The notes under the pieces: model-generated
Told to the model about the DNA's origin: nothing
The model's database searches: none
What the model saw: only the letters and a program-made list of their open reading frames with translations
In this document: piece after piece, positions 10,208 to 20,302 of the stretch
Layout of the letters: every line of letters starts with the position of its first letter
How positions within the stretch are numbered: position 1 is the first letter of the stretch
Origin: a virus
Taxonomy: Duplodnaviria > Caudoviricetes
Length of the DNA stretch: 64,000 nt
IMG/VR virus record: IMGVR_UViG_3300042691_028918
Span: 1,338-65,337 of that record
Direction: 5' to 3' (one strand)
Made by a program: the position numbers and the translations under genes

Positions 10208-11664
10208 AATTAGGAGTTTGCGTACCATACAGAAATAGAGAAGCACATTTAAAAAGATTTGTACCTGAAGTTACAAAGTTTTTAAAAGAGGCCGGAATAG
10301 AACATACCATCTATATAGCACATCAATGTGATGATAGGTTATTTAATAGAGGATTGATGAAAAATATAGCAGCAAAGTATGCATTCGAAGATGGATGTGA
10401 TTATATTGTTTGGCATGATATTGATATGATTCCTGAAGATAATAGTTGTGATTATTCATATCCTAAAAATAATCCCGTACACATAGCAGTTAATATATCT
10501 CAATCGGATTATATGTTAAAGTACGAAGAATACTTTGGTGGTGCCGTATTGTTTACAAAAAAACAAGTAGAAAAAACAAATGGATATTCAAATGATTATT
10601 GGGATTGGGGCATGGAGGATGATGATCTTTTTTGGAGATGTGTTAGAGAAGATATGGTAGATAGAACAACTCTTAATTATAATAGGAAAAAAATGGTTGG
10701 GGTTTTTGATGGTAAAGCATCTTATATGGAAATCCCAAACTCATTTGGGCATATATTAAATAACTCACATACCGTTTCGATTTTGGTAAAAGCGGACCAG
10801 CAAATTGAAAAAGTTCCTATTTGGTTAATAGGTGATAGTGAGAGAAGATTTGTAGAATATCCTATTTTGAGAAAACCTGGTTATGATTGGGGTATATCTT
10901 TTAATAATAGTAGAGCATATACTGCAATGTTGTGGAACAATAATAAAGAACAAATATACCAATGGTTTAAACGATATGAAAATGAGTGGACATGGGTCAC
11001 TATGGTAGTAGATACTATTGATAAAAAAATGCATTGGTATTTAAATGGAAGAGAGAGTTCTGCAAGAAACGGAACAGGTACCGAATCTCCAATAACATAT
11101 ACAGGATCGTTAAAGAGATATGGTTCTGAACCGTTTTATATAGGATATACGCCTAGTATTAATGCAGATGAACCAAATACATTTTTTAAAGGTCAGATTT
11201 CTGATATAAAAATTTGGGATAGAGCATTAACTTCAAATGAAGTTAAAAATTTACATGAAACACATCCATTGGATAGTTTAATAATTCACTACGATTTTGA
11301 AAATATAGATAGAATAAATAGACAAGTAGTGGATTGCGTAACAGGTAATCACGCATACATATCAAGAGTTTCTTTTAAAACGGAAGATATAAAAATACCA
11401 TATGTTGCATTACCTTATAGAAAAAACGGAAGATTTTATTGTTTACCACATAAGACGGAGGGTTTGATAAATGAAGGTGGAATGGAGAAGTGGGCAAAGG
11501 GTGAAACGACTGCAAGAAATGAAAGAAGATATGTGTTGGAAATGCAGCAAGGAAAAATAGATTATAAAAAGGATGGAATGTCAAATGTTGATGAAAAATT
11601 TGAATTAATCGATATAGAAACAATATATTCCGAACATAAAATGATAAATGTAAAAGTTAAATAA
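10204..11664 (+). CDS. GT7 glycosyltransferase with inserted LamG/ConA-like domain (paralog 2)
   Basis: VPYRNR, FNRGLMKN, HDID, YFGGA and NGYSNDYWDWGMEDDD. LamG-like 'FDGKASY...WTWVTMV...FKGQISDIKIWDRALT'. Confidence 0.85.
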   Translation: MKLGVCVPYRNREAHLKRFVPEVTKFLKEAGIEHTIYIAHQCDDRLFNRGLMKNIAAKYAFEDGCDYIVWHDIDMIPEDNSCDYSYPKNNPVHIAVNISQSDYMLKYEEYFGGAVLFTKKQVEKTNGYSNDYWDWGMEDDDLFWRCVREDMVDRTTLNYNRKKMVGVFDGKASYMEIPNSFGHILNNSHTVSILVKADQQIEKVPIWLIGDSERRFVEYPILRKPGYDWGISFNNSRAYTAMLWNNNKEQIYQWFKRYENEWTWVTMVVDTIDKKMHWYLNGRESSARNGTGTESPITYTGSLKRYGSEPFYIGYTPSINADEPNTFFKGQISDIKIWDRALTSNEVKNLHETHPLDSLIIHYDFENIDRINRQVVDCVTGNHAYISRVSFKTEDIKIPYVALPYRKNGRFYCLPHKTEGLINEGGMEKWAKGETTARNERRYVLEMQQGKIDYKKDGMSNVDEKFELIDIETIYSEHKMINVKVK

Positions 11665-11665
11665 T

Positions 11666-13057
11666 ATGTTAAACGAAGCCATTTATTTTGAAAAAACAAA
11701 AAATCAACTTAATTCAGTTGGGTGTGGTTTCTGTTTAGCAAAGTGGACGCAAGTTACTATGCATTTGGGTATTGGACTTACACATTCTTGTCACCATCCG
11801 GTCCAACATAAAATACCACTATCCGAAATAAAAAGAGATCCATCATCATTACATAATACGCGGTATAAAAAAACCCAAAGAAAAGAAATGCTTGAGGGTG
11901 GCAGGCCAAAGGAGTGTAATTATTGTTGGAACATAGAGGATAACTCAAATTCATTTTCAGATAGGATATTTAAATCTGCCGAACCGTGGTCTGCACCATA
12001 TTTTGAACAAATAAAAGATTCACATTGGAGAGAAGAATTTAATCCAAGATATGTTGAAGTAAGTTTTTCAAATACGTGTAACTTTAAATGTGCATACTGC
12101 GGCCCACAATACTCATCTAAATGGGTAGAAGAAATTGAAAAATTTGGTGGATACAAAACATCAACAAATTATAATAATATAGAAGAATTGTCCGCCAAAA
12201 ATGAAATGCCATATAAACATTCGGAAGAAAATCCATATGTAGATGCATTTTGGGAGTGGTGGCCAGATTTATACAAAGACCTACATACATTCCGAATTAC
12301 AGGTGGAGAACCCCTACTATCAAAAGATACTTTCAAAGTATTGGAATATATACAAACTCATTGGGAAGAAAATCCAAATTTATCATTAGCAATTAATAGT
12401 AATTTGGGAGTGCCTGATGCATTGGTAGATAAGTTTATTGAAATAGCAAAGGATTTATGTGAAAATAATAAAGTTAGAGAATTGATAATATTTACTTCCG
12501 TTGAAGCAAAAGGAAAACAAGCAGAGTATGTTAGATTTGGTTTGGATTATAATAGGTTTTGGAATAATGTAGATAAAATATTGACAGAATTACCAAAAGT
12601 AACTATAAACATAATGGCAACATTCAATGCATTATCTGTTTTCACTTATTCGGAATTGATAGATAAGATTTTTAAAATGAAAAAGAAACATGCCAATGAT
12701 TATAGATATTGGGTATCGGCAATACAATTGGATACCTCATATTTAAGGCATCCATCACACTTATCAGTAAAAATATTAGAAAAAGAACATAAAGAATTAA
12801 TATTAGATTGTGCAAAAAAAGCACTATATTATGGAATGACAGAATTCGTTAGAGGTGCATATGGATTCTCAAATACCGAAATACAAAAAATAAAAAGATT
12901 ATATGATTATGCAATATCTGAAGATAGTTTTGATATTGAAAAAAATAGAATAGATTTTATTAAATTTGTAGATGAATACGATGAAAGACGCGGAACGAAT
13001 TTTTTAGAAACCTTTCCAGAACTAAAAAATATATATGATACATATAGAAAAGGGTAA
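11666..13057 (+). CDS. Radical SAM protein with N-terminal twitch/SPASM-like domain (paralog 1)
   Basis: CxxxCxxC (CNFKCAYC) and GGEP. N-terminal Cys cluster 'CLAKW...SCHHP...CNYCW'. Confidence 0.9.
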   Translation: MLNEAIYFEKTKNQLNSVGCGFCLAKWTQVTMHLGIGLTHSCHHPVQHKIPLSEIKRDPSSLHNTRYKKTQRKEMLEGGRPKECNYCWNIEDNSNSFSDRIFKSAEPWSAPYFEQIKDSHWREEFNPRYVEVSFSNTCNFKCAYCGPQYSSKWVEEIEKFGGYKTSTNYNNIEELSAKNEMPYKHSEENPYVDAFWEWWPDLYKDLHTFRITGGEPLLSKDTFKVLEYIQTHWEENPNLSLAINSNLGVPDALVDKFIEIAKDLCENNKVRELIIFTSVEAKGKQAEYVRFGLDYNRFWNNVDKILTELPKVTINIMATFNALSVFTYSELIDKIFKMKKKHANDYRYWVSAIQLDTSYLRHPSHLSVKILEKEHKELILDCAKKALYYGMTEFVRGAYGFSNTEIQKIKRLYDYAISEDSFDIEKNRIDFIKFVDEYDERRGTNFLETFPELKNIYDTYRKG

Positions 13058-13634
13058 ACCATGGATGTTTCATCCAAAGTGTTTGTGTGAAACATTTCCA
13101 GAAAATGCAGCAACAAAAATATTAAGTGGAGAATATAATTTTCAAATTGAAATGAAAATGACTCTACTGGATACATCATCTGGAAACGGTACAATATTTT
13201 GCATACTACCAAAATACACAGGACTTGATATTCATAAAAACATGCTTTTTTTTACTGTAAAATATGAGGATGAATCATCAAAATTTTATCAATTTCCATT
13301 TACAATAAGTGATGGTATACATATTCATTTAAAGATGATACATGTAGCTAAAAAATATTTAAAAATACTTATAAATGAGGAAGAACAATTGAATTTAAAT
13401 TTAGAAAATTTGGGGTTATATAGTTGTGATAATTCGTGTATAGTATTCGGCGCAAACAGATATACTGAAATTGATGAAAATGCCAATTTAGCAGAATTTC
13501 ATTTGTATGAGTTTAAACTCTATGAGAAAACAAATCTATTAGCACATCATACTTTTGATGAATTTATTTTTAATAAATCCGTTGATAAGACCGGCAATTT
13601 GAACTTTATACATCATAAAATATTAGAATGTTAA
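13035..13634 (+). CDS. Stand-alone LamG/ConA-like beta-sandwich protein
   Basis: Beta-rich. The C-terminal 'LLAHHTFD...SVDKTGNLN' resembles LamG C-termini of neighbouring proteins. Confidence 0.5.
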   Translation: MIHIEKGKPWMFHPKCLCETFPENAATKILSGEYNFQIEMKMTLLDTSSGNGTIFCILPKYTGLDIHKNMLFFTVKYEDESSKFYQFPFTISDGIHIHLKMIHVAKKYLKILINEEEQLNLNLENLGLYSCDNSCIVFGANRYTEIDENANLAEFHLYEFKLYEKTNLLAHHTFDEFIFNKSVDKTGNLNFIHHKILEC

Positions 13635-15019
13635 ACGAGGTATTTGAAAAGACTAGGGATAAGTTAAATAATGTTGGTTGTGGTTTTTGTTTAGCTAAAT
13701 GGACACAAGTTACAATGCATTTACACAATGGAATGACGCACTCATGTCATCATCCAACTGCACATAAAATACCTTTAATTGAGATACTTGAAAATCCCAC
13801 CGCATTACATAATACAAACTTTAAGAAACAAGTTCGTAAAGAAATGTTGGAAGGAAAAAAGCCAAAAGAATGTGATTATTGTTGGAACATAGAAAATAAT
13901 TCAAATGCATTTTCCGATAGAACCTATAAATCATCTGAACCTTGGTCGGCACCATATTTTGGTGATGTTTTAAAATCTGGATGGCAAGGAAATTTTAATC
14001 CAAAATATGTTGAGGTTAGTTTTTCGAATACTTGTAATTTTAAGTGTTCTTATTGTGGCCCTCAATTTTCTTCTAAATGGGTAGAAGAGATTGAAAAATA
14101 TGGCGGATACAATACATCTACAAATTTTAACAATATAGATTATTTTAAAAAACAGGGAACAATGCCATATTTGGCATCCGAACATAATCCGTATGTAGAA
14201 GCGTTTTGGAAATGGTGGCCGGATTTATATAAAGATCTACATACATTCAGAATTACGGGTGGTGAACCTTTACTGAATAAAGATACTTTTAAAATATTAG
14301 ATTATATTATAGAAACCGATACACCCAATAAAAATTTAAGTTTGTGTATTAATAGTAATTTGGGAATACCTAAAAAATTATTTAATGAGTTTGTTTCAAA
14401 AATAGAAAAAATATTAGAAAAGGAATTGGTTTATGAATTTATAATATTTACATCATGTGATACTTACGGCAAGCAGGCGGAATATATACGAAATGGATTT
14501 GAATACAATTTGTTTAAAGAAAGGATTGATTTTCTTTTAGATAAATTTCCAACTTTGACCATTGATATAATGTCTACATATAATGCGTTATCCGTTCCAA
14601 ATTATAAATTACTAATGAATGATGTTATTGAGTTAAAAAAGAGATACCATAATCCGTATAGATATTGGGGATCATCTATCTTATTAGATTCATCTTATTT
14701 ACGTTGGCCGGATCATCAATCCGTTAAAATATTAGAAAAACAATGGGTTAATGAAATAGATGAACAAGCAAAATTAGCAGACTTTCACGAACAAGTTAGA
14801 ATAGGAGTTGATGATGGGTATGGGTTTACTGATATGGAAATAAATAAGATAAAAAGAATAAAAGATTGGTTTGAATCTGATGTTGATACGCAAGTACTTA
14901 ATAGAAATAGAAAAGATTTTTTCACATTTGTAGCCGAACATGATAAAAGACGTGGAACTGATTTTTGTAAAACTTTTCCTGAATTAGAAGAATTTTATTA
15001 TAAATGTAAATTGTTATGA
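13628..15019 (+). CDS. Radical SAM protein with N-terminal twitch/SPASM-like domain (paralog 2)
   Basis: CNFKCSYC and GGEP. Same length (463 aa) as paralog 1 with long identical stretches. Confidence 0.9.
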   Translation: MLNEVFEKTRDKLNNVGCGFCLAKWTQVTMHLHNGMTHSCHHPTAHKIPLIEILENPTALHNTNFKKQVRKEMLEGKKPKECDYCWNIENNSNAFSDRTYKSSEPWSAPYFGDVLKSGWQGNFNPKYVEVSFSNTCNFKCSYCGPQFSSKWVEEIEKYGGYNTSTNFNNIDYFKKQGTMPYLASEHNPYVEAFWKWWPDLYKDLHTFRITGGEPLLNKDTFKILDYIIETDTPNKNLSLCINSNLGIPKKLFNEFVSKIEKILEKELVYEFIIFTSCDTYGKQAEYIRNGFEYNLFKERIDFLLDKFPTLTIDIMSTYNALSVPNYKLLMNDVIELKKRYHNPYRYWGSSILLDSSYLRWPDHQSVKILEKQWVNEIDEQAKLADFHEQVRIGVDDGYGFTDMEINKIKRIKDWFESDVDTQVLNRNRKDFFTFVAEHDKRRGTDFCKTFPELEEFYYKCKLL

Positions 15020-15687
15020 TTTTTAAAAATAAACATGCATATTTTGTAAAAAATAATACTAATAATAATACAAATACTAAAAATTTTGAATTATTAAATA
15101 ATGATTTTATAATAGAAGCTACATTCAAATTTGAAGAAGATACGAATCTGATACAAAGAGAATATTGTGTGGTTGGCAGAGTTGGTTATACTATGGGAAT
15201 TTTTGTAGATTCTTATAAGAATATAAAATGGGAATGGTGGGAAACCAACGATGATGGTGAACAATTGTATCGTGATATTTATGTAACAAATGTGGATGTG
15301 TTTAACTATAATACGATAAAAGTAATAAAAGAAAAAAATAGTTTTACATTATATGTAAATGATAGAAAATACGAATCCGTTGAAGTAAATAATAAATTAT
15401 ACGATTATTCATCTAGTATAATATACATAGGAGCATCAAATCCATATTGCGAAAACAATGATGAAAATTGGTTCACAGGAGATATTTCAGATATTAAGAT
15501 ATATAATAGTAGTAATGAAACATTTGATGATTTATATTTGTGGTTCGATTTTAAAATAAATTCAAACTTTAAAACATTTGACAAATCAGGAAATGGAAAT
15601 CATGGAGAAATATTTGAATCAAATGAAATAAAAAAAGATAAAAATATAGAATATAATAAATTTGCAAGACCTCCAAAAATAGTATAA
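15016..15687 (+). CDS. Stand-alone LamG/ConA-like domain protein
   Basis: 'FTLYVND...IYIGAS...WFTGDISDIKIYN...LWFDF...DKSGNGNHG' is a typical LamG_3 pattern. Confidence 0.75.
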   Translation: MIFKNKHAYFVKNNTNNNTNTKNFELLNNDFIIEATFKFEEDTNLIQREYCVVGRVGYTMGIFVDSYKNIKWEWWETNDDGEQLYRDIYVTNVDVFNYNTIKVIKEKNSFTLYVNDRKYESVEVNNKLYDYSSSIIYIGASNPYCENNDENWFTGDISDIKIYNSSNETFDDLYLWFDFKINSNFKTFDKSGNGNHGEIFESNEIKKDKNIEYNKFARPPKIV

Positions 15688-15693
15688 TATATT

Positions 15694-16800
15694 ATGCAAA
15701 GTAGAAAAAAATGTATTTTGTGTGGGTCTAAAATTGTAAATAAATATACAACTAAAATGCCCGTATTTATGGGTACTATTCAGTATATTTCTGATTATAA
15801 AGTAAATTCATATACCATATGCGAATGTTCGAAATGTGGTGAAATATTAATCAAAGAATTATTGGATTTCAAAGATGTATATTTAAATAATCATAATGTT
15901 GATATTGTAGGAGATTTGTGGATTAATCATTATGAAAAATTTTCTAATTTTATTTCAAATGATATTGAAAATGGGGTAGTGTTGGAAATTGGTGATCCTT
16001 CTGCAAAAATTGCAAAAAAAGTAGATAAATTTAAAAAATGGTATATCGTAGAACCCAATGCATATAAAACAAATGATGGGAATATTATTTTTATAAATAG
16101 TTTTTTTGATGAATCATTTGTGGATATAAAAGATGTTGATGTTATTGTACATTCGCACTATTTTGAACATTCATATGAACCAAATCAATTTTTAAAAAAA
16201 TGTAATAAAATCTTAAAAAAGGGTGGAATTATGTTTATGAGTATTCCAAATATGGAGTATCTCTTAAATAGTAAAAAATCAATAGCATCTATACTTCATT
16301 TTGAACATACGTTTTATTTAAATGATGAAATTATTACTTATTTATTAAATAAAAATGGATTTTCAATTGAATTAAAAGAGAATTATAAAAATCATTCTAT
16401 TTTTTATAAAATTAAAAAATCTAAAAAATCAATAAAAGACATAAAATTAAAAATTTCAGACAAATTTAATTCCATTTGGGATAGAACGCTCACCAAAATC
16501 CAGAGTATAAATAACATATTAAAAAATACCAATCATACGGATATTTATATTTATGGTGCACATGTAAACACACAATTTTATTTATATAATGGAATTGATA
16601 ATAATAAAATAAAAGGAATTATAGATAATTCAAAAAACAAAAAAAATCAAATACTTTATGGAACTGATAAAGTAGTTAATACTCCCGATATAATTAGAAA
16701 TATGGATGAATGCATTGTTATTTGCAGTCATACTGGTGTATATTATAATGAAATATCAAAACAATTAAAAAAACTAAATAAAAAAATAGAAATATTATGA
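15694..16800 (+). CDS. SAM-dependent methyltransferase, NDP-sugar C-methyltransferase-like
   Basis: N-terminal CxxC...CxxC zinc site, 'VLEIGD', 'HSHYFEH', 'HFEHTFY' and a C-terminal 'YIYGA...IIDNS..K' domain. Confidence 0.7.
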   Translation: MQSRKKCILCGSKIVNKYTTKMPVFMGTIQYISDYKVNSYTICECSKCGEILIKELLDFKDVYLNNHNVDIVGDLWINHYEKFSNFISNDIENGVVLEIGDPSAKIAKKVDKFKKWYIVEPNAYKTNDGNIIFINSFFDESFVDIKDVDVIVHSHYFEHSYEPNQFLKKCNKILKKGGIMFMSIPNMEYLLNSKKSIASILHFEHTFYLNDEIITYLLNKNGFSIELKENYKNHSIFYKIKKSKKSIKDIKLKISDKFNSIWDRTLTKIQSINNILKNTNHTDIYIYGAHVNTQFYLYNGIDNNKIKGIIDNSKNKKNQILYGTDKVVNTPDIIRNMDECIVICSHTGVYYNEISKQLKKLNKKIEIL

Positions 16801-18245
16801 CAGAAGAATTAGCTAAATGGAGAGATGAAAATTTAAACAAAATAAGTTGTACTTTTTGTGCAGCAAAATGGTATAATGCAAGTTTGCATCTTGGGCATGG
16901 TTATACGAATTCGTGTCACTTACCACTTCCACATCCAATAGATCCTGAAGAAATAAAATCAAATCCTTCAGCATTACATAATACTAAATTAAAGAAAGAA
17001 GCAAGAAAACTTATGTTGGAAGGCAAAAGACCGGCCGAATGTTCGTATTGTTGGAAAGTTGAGGATATTGGCAGAAATAATATAGCTGATAGAGTTTTTA
17101 AAAGTAAGATTTATAAAGAAGAAGATATCGCAGCTTTAAAAAACTTACCATGGGATGCGGATGTTATGCTTAAAACTGTAGAAGTATCTTTTGATAGAAC
17201 TTGCAATTTTGCTTGTTCATATTGCAATGCCGGATACTCAACCACATGGGGGAAAGATATTAAACAAAACGGGCCATACCAAAGATTTAAATCTTCTTCG
17301 GCCGGAGCATACTATGCAGATGGTTCTTGGTCTGAAATATATGGTAAATACAATGAAAACAATCCATACGTCAATGCCTTTTTAGAATGGTGGCCTGAAT
17401 TATCTCAACATTTAGAAGAAATACGTGTTACCGGCGGCGAACCATCACAGAGTAGAAATTTCTGGCAGTTTATAGAGTTGATGAAGAAATATCCATCACC
17501 AAATTTAAGACTTGCCGTTAATTCTAATTTGGGAACTAGTGAAAAAACTTTACAAAAACTTATAGATGCTACCTATGATGTTGATATAAAAGAATTTGAT
17601 TTATATACATCAAATGAAGCTTTTGGAGCTGCAGCGGAATACATTAGAGATGGAATAGATTATAAACAATGGAGGGAAAATATGTGTACGTTCATCGAAA
17701 ACGCAAACCCCAAAACCTTCAGGGCTTTGACTATAATGATGACCATAAACAGTTTGTGTTTATATAGCATAGTTGATTTCTTTGAAGATATGAAAGAATT
17801 AAAAGCAAAGTACGGACATCATAGACCTAATTTGGATTTAAACTTGTTAAGATGGCCGGCGTTCATGTCACCACTTGCATTGCCTGATGATCAAAAAATA
17901 AAATTGAGAGGAGAGTTACAAGGTTGGTATGAAAAAAACAAAGATAGTAACTTATTTGTTGTAGGAGAAAAGGCACAAATAGAAAGATTAATTGATTATC
18001 TTGATGTTGTAGAAAAGGGACACAATTCTACTGAATCTGATAAATCTTTATTACATCATGATTTTAAATCTTTTTATGAACAATACGATGTTAGACGTCA
18101 TAAAGATTTTAGAAAAACTTTTCCTGATTTGGTAGAGTGGTATGATTCAATTGAAGTTGACAATACCATTCACAAAGTAAAGGTGAATGATGGTAGATTG
18201 AGTAATTGGGAGATGGGTGAATATGTTTCTGATAAAATTGATTAA
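16797..18245 (+). CDS. Radical SAM protein with N-terminal twitch/SPASM-like domain (paralog 3, divergent)
   Basis: CNFACSYC and GGEP, plus 'CAAKW...SCHLP...CSYCW'. Confidence 0.9.
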   Translation: MTEELAKWRDENLNKISCTFCAAKWYNASLHLGHGYTNSCHLPLPHPIDPEEIKSNPSALHNTKLKKEARKLMLEGKRPAECSYCWKVEDIGRNNIADRVFKSKIYKEEDIAALKNLPWDADVMLKTVEVSFDRTCNFACSYCNAGYSTTWGKDIKQNGPYQRFKSSSAGAYYADGSWSEIYGKYNENNPYVNAFLEWWPELSQHLEEIRVTGGEPSQSRNFWQFIELMKKYPSPNLRLAVNSNLGTSEKTLQKLIDATYDVDIKEFDLYTSNEAFGAAAEYIRDGIDYKQWRENMCTFIENANPKTFRALTIMMTINSLCLYSIVDFFEDMKELKAKYGHHRPNLDLNLLRWPAFMSPLALPDDQKIKLRGELQGWYEKNKDSNLFVVGEKAQIERLIDYLDVVEKGHNSTESDKSLLHHDFKSFYEQYDVRRHKDFRKTFPDLVEWYDSIEVDNTIHKVKVNDGRLSNWEMGEYVSDKID

Positions 18246-19000
18246 AAATTAGGATCTCCCAATCTGGAATCACTTAATCTTAAACATTTTATCGGATAAT
18301 CATTATACCAATCTCTATCACTAAAATCGGAATTAATTTCTTGTGAATGTATAATATAATTGTTTGTTATTTGATTTTGTTTTTTGCATAAAAGACTTAA
18401 CACAGATTGTTCATATCTGTGTGTAACAAATTCGGGATGTTCGGGATTATATGAGTTTTCCCAATTAACAGCATGATGTATACTGCATACATTGTACCAT
18501 TCTTGCATTAAATCTTTTGCAAATTGGTTATTTTTTATAATCCAAAGACCACACCATAATTGTGGAGTTTGTAAATATTCATCCGAATCACAACCTAATA
18601 GTATTAGTGTATCTCTTTTACTATATTGTATTTCTTTGGGCCCCTCCCCCCTAAATATTACAATTCCTGGACCCGAATCACATAGTTCAGCATATTGAAA
18701 AAATCTTTCTTTTGATTTTTCATTATTAATGATAGAATTTCCCGCATCTAAAAAAAATAAAATTGAGTCTTTTTCAATTTCATTAAGTATTTTTAATGCC
18801 AGAGCAGGCTTCCAAAACCAATAACCTATTCCTGGACAACGTTTATCATTTGGAAATTGTTCTATATCTGTTCTATCAAAACAAAAAAAATCATTAAACC
18901 AACCCGTATCTATTGCTTCTTTTTGTAATCTGAATTTAGTTTTTCTAAAATCACTAAATTGGCCTATATCACCAAAAGTAAATCCGTATATTTTTTTCAT
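18242..19000 (-). CDS. Putative glycosyltransferase-like protein (paralog A)
   Basis: 'GYWFWKP', 'FFLDAG' and 'HRYEQSVLSLL' motifs, resembling GT-A-like proteins of polysaccharide loci. Confidence 0.55.
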   Translation of the reverse strand: MKKIYGFTFGDIGQFSDFRKTKFRLQKEAIDTGWFNDFFCFDRTDIEQFPNDKRCPGIGYWFWKPALALKILNEIEKDSILFFLDAGNSIINNEKSKERFFQYAELCDSGPGIVIFRGEGPKEIQYSKRDTLILLGCDSDEYLQTPQLWCGLWIIKNNQFAKDLMQEWYNVCSIHHAVNWENSYNPEHPEFVTHRYEQSVLSLLCKKQNQITNNYIIHSQEINSDFSDRDWYNDYPIKCLRLSDSRLGDPNF

Positions 19001-19011
19001 CTCCCAACGTA

Positions 19012-19773
19012 TTATAACATTGAATCATCCAACCGCATTGCTTTTATAGGAAAGTTCAAATTTGGGTCTATATTGGTAATATCATGTGATATTTCATGTG
19101 CATTTAAAAAACAATTATTTAATAGATTTCTTCTTTTTTTACATAACACACTAAATACACCTTGATCGTGTTTGTGTGATATAAATTCTGGATGTTCCTC
19201 ATTATAGGATTTTTCCCAATTTATTAAATGATTTATTTGGCATGCGTTGAACCAATCTTCCATTAAATTTCTTCCAAATTGATTATTTTTTACAAACCAA
19301 ATTCCAGATGAAATTTGAGATGTATACCAATAATCCGAATTATCACATCCTAATAATAATAGAGTATCTCTTTTGGTATATTGTATTTCCAATGGAACAT
19401 TACTATCTCCTCCACCAAAACCAACAAATCCTGGTCCTTTATCACATAATTCTACATATTCAAAAAATCTTTTTTCGGAAGAATCCGTTTTATATATAGA
19501 ACATCCGGCATCCATATATACAATAATATCATCCGGGGAACTATTATTCATAGTTTCTAGTGCCAGAGCAGGCTTCCAAAACCAAAATCCAACCCCGGCA
19601 CCTTTTTGTGAATTATCAAACTTATTTATAAATTCTTGGTCATATGCAATAAAATTACCAAACCAACCGGTATCAATTGCTTCTTGTTTTAATCTTAATT
19701 TACTTTTTGTAAAATCTTTATGAATCCCCTTCCCACCAAAAGTAAAGCCAATTGGTTTTTTAATATTATTCAT
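19012..19773 (-). CDS. Putative glycosyltransferase-like protein (paralog B)
   Basis: 'GFWFWKP', 'VYMDAGC' and 'HKHDQGVFSVL'. Clear tandem paralog of 18242-19000. Confidence 0.55.
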   Translation of the reverse strand: MNNIKKPIGFTFGGKGIHKDFTKSKLRLKQEAIDTGWFGNFIAYDQEFINKFDNSQKGAGVGFWFWKPALALETMNNSSPDDIIVYMDAGCSIYKTDSSEKRFFEYVELCDKGPGFVGFGGGDSNVPLEIQYTKRDTLLLLGCDNSDYWYTSQISSGIWFVKNNQFGRNLMEDWFNACQINHLINWEKSYNEEHPEFISHKHDQGVFSVLCKKRRNLLNNCFLNAHEISHDITNIDPNLNFPIKAMRLDDSML

Positions 19774-20302
19774 TATATAATTCTGGATATTCGATGATAC
19801 AATTTATTCCACCATTATCTATTGCATATAGGTATGCAAGTTCTAAATCTATTTTATTTTTACAATCGTGAAAACTTATATTTTTACAAATTGATTTAAA
19901 TTCATCAAAATAGTTTCCTTTATGTTGATGACCTGGGTCTAGAGGTTTATCACTTCCTTTCCCTAAACGAATTATCATATTTGGAATCCACTCATCGTTA
20001 CTCATTAATTTTATTTTATCAATATGATTAACCAATTGATTTGTAGCACAAATAAGAAAATCCCATCTTGGATAAAAAGTAACTACAAACTTTCCGGCCA
20101 TGGCCATACCCAAAGATATTCCCATTTGAGATTCTTCCATAACAGGAAGTTCTATCATTTTTTCTTTTGGAACGTATTCTAAAGTTGTACTCATTGGATT
20201 TCCTCTCCAAATAATTTGTTGTCCTATAAAAATTGATTCATCTTTTTCCGCTAATAATTTCATAGAATCTATTAACACTTGTTTATACGATTTTTCTATC
20301 AT
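19766..20302 (-). CDS. ThDP-dependent enzyme, pyrimidine-binding (E1-beta/transketolase-like) subunit, lacking the C-terminal domain
   Basis: 'IELPVMEESQMGISLGMAMAG...DFLICATNQLVN...GHQH'. Only 178 aa. Confidence 0.8.
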   Translation of the reverse strand: MIEKSYKQVLIDSMKLLAEKDESIFIGQQIIWRGNPMSTTLEYVPKEKMIELPVMEESQMGISLGMAMAGKFVVTFYPRWDFLICATNQLVNHIDKIKLMSNDEWIPNMIIRLGKGSDKPLDPGHQHKGNYFDEFKSICKNISFHDCKNKIDLELAYLYAIDNGGINCIIEYPELYNE

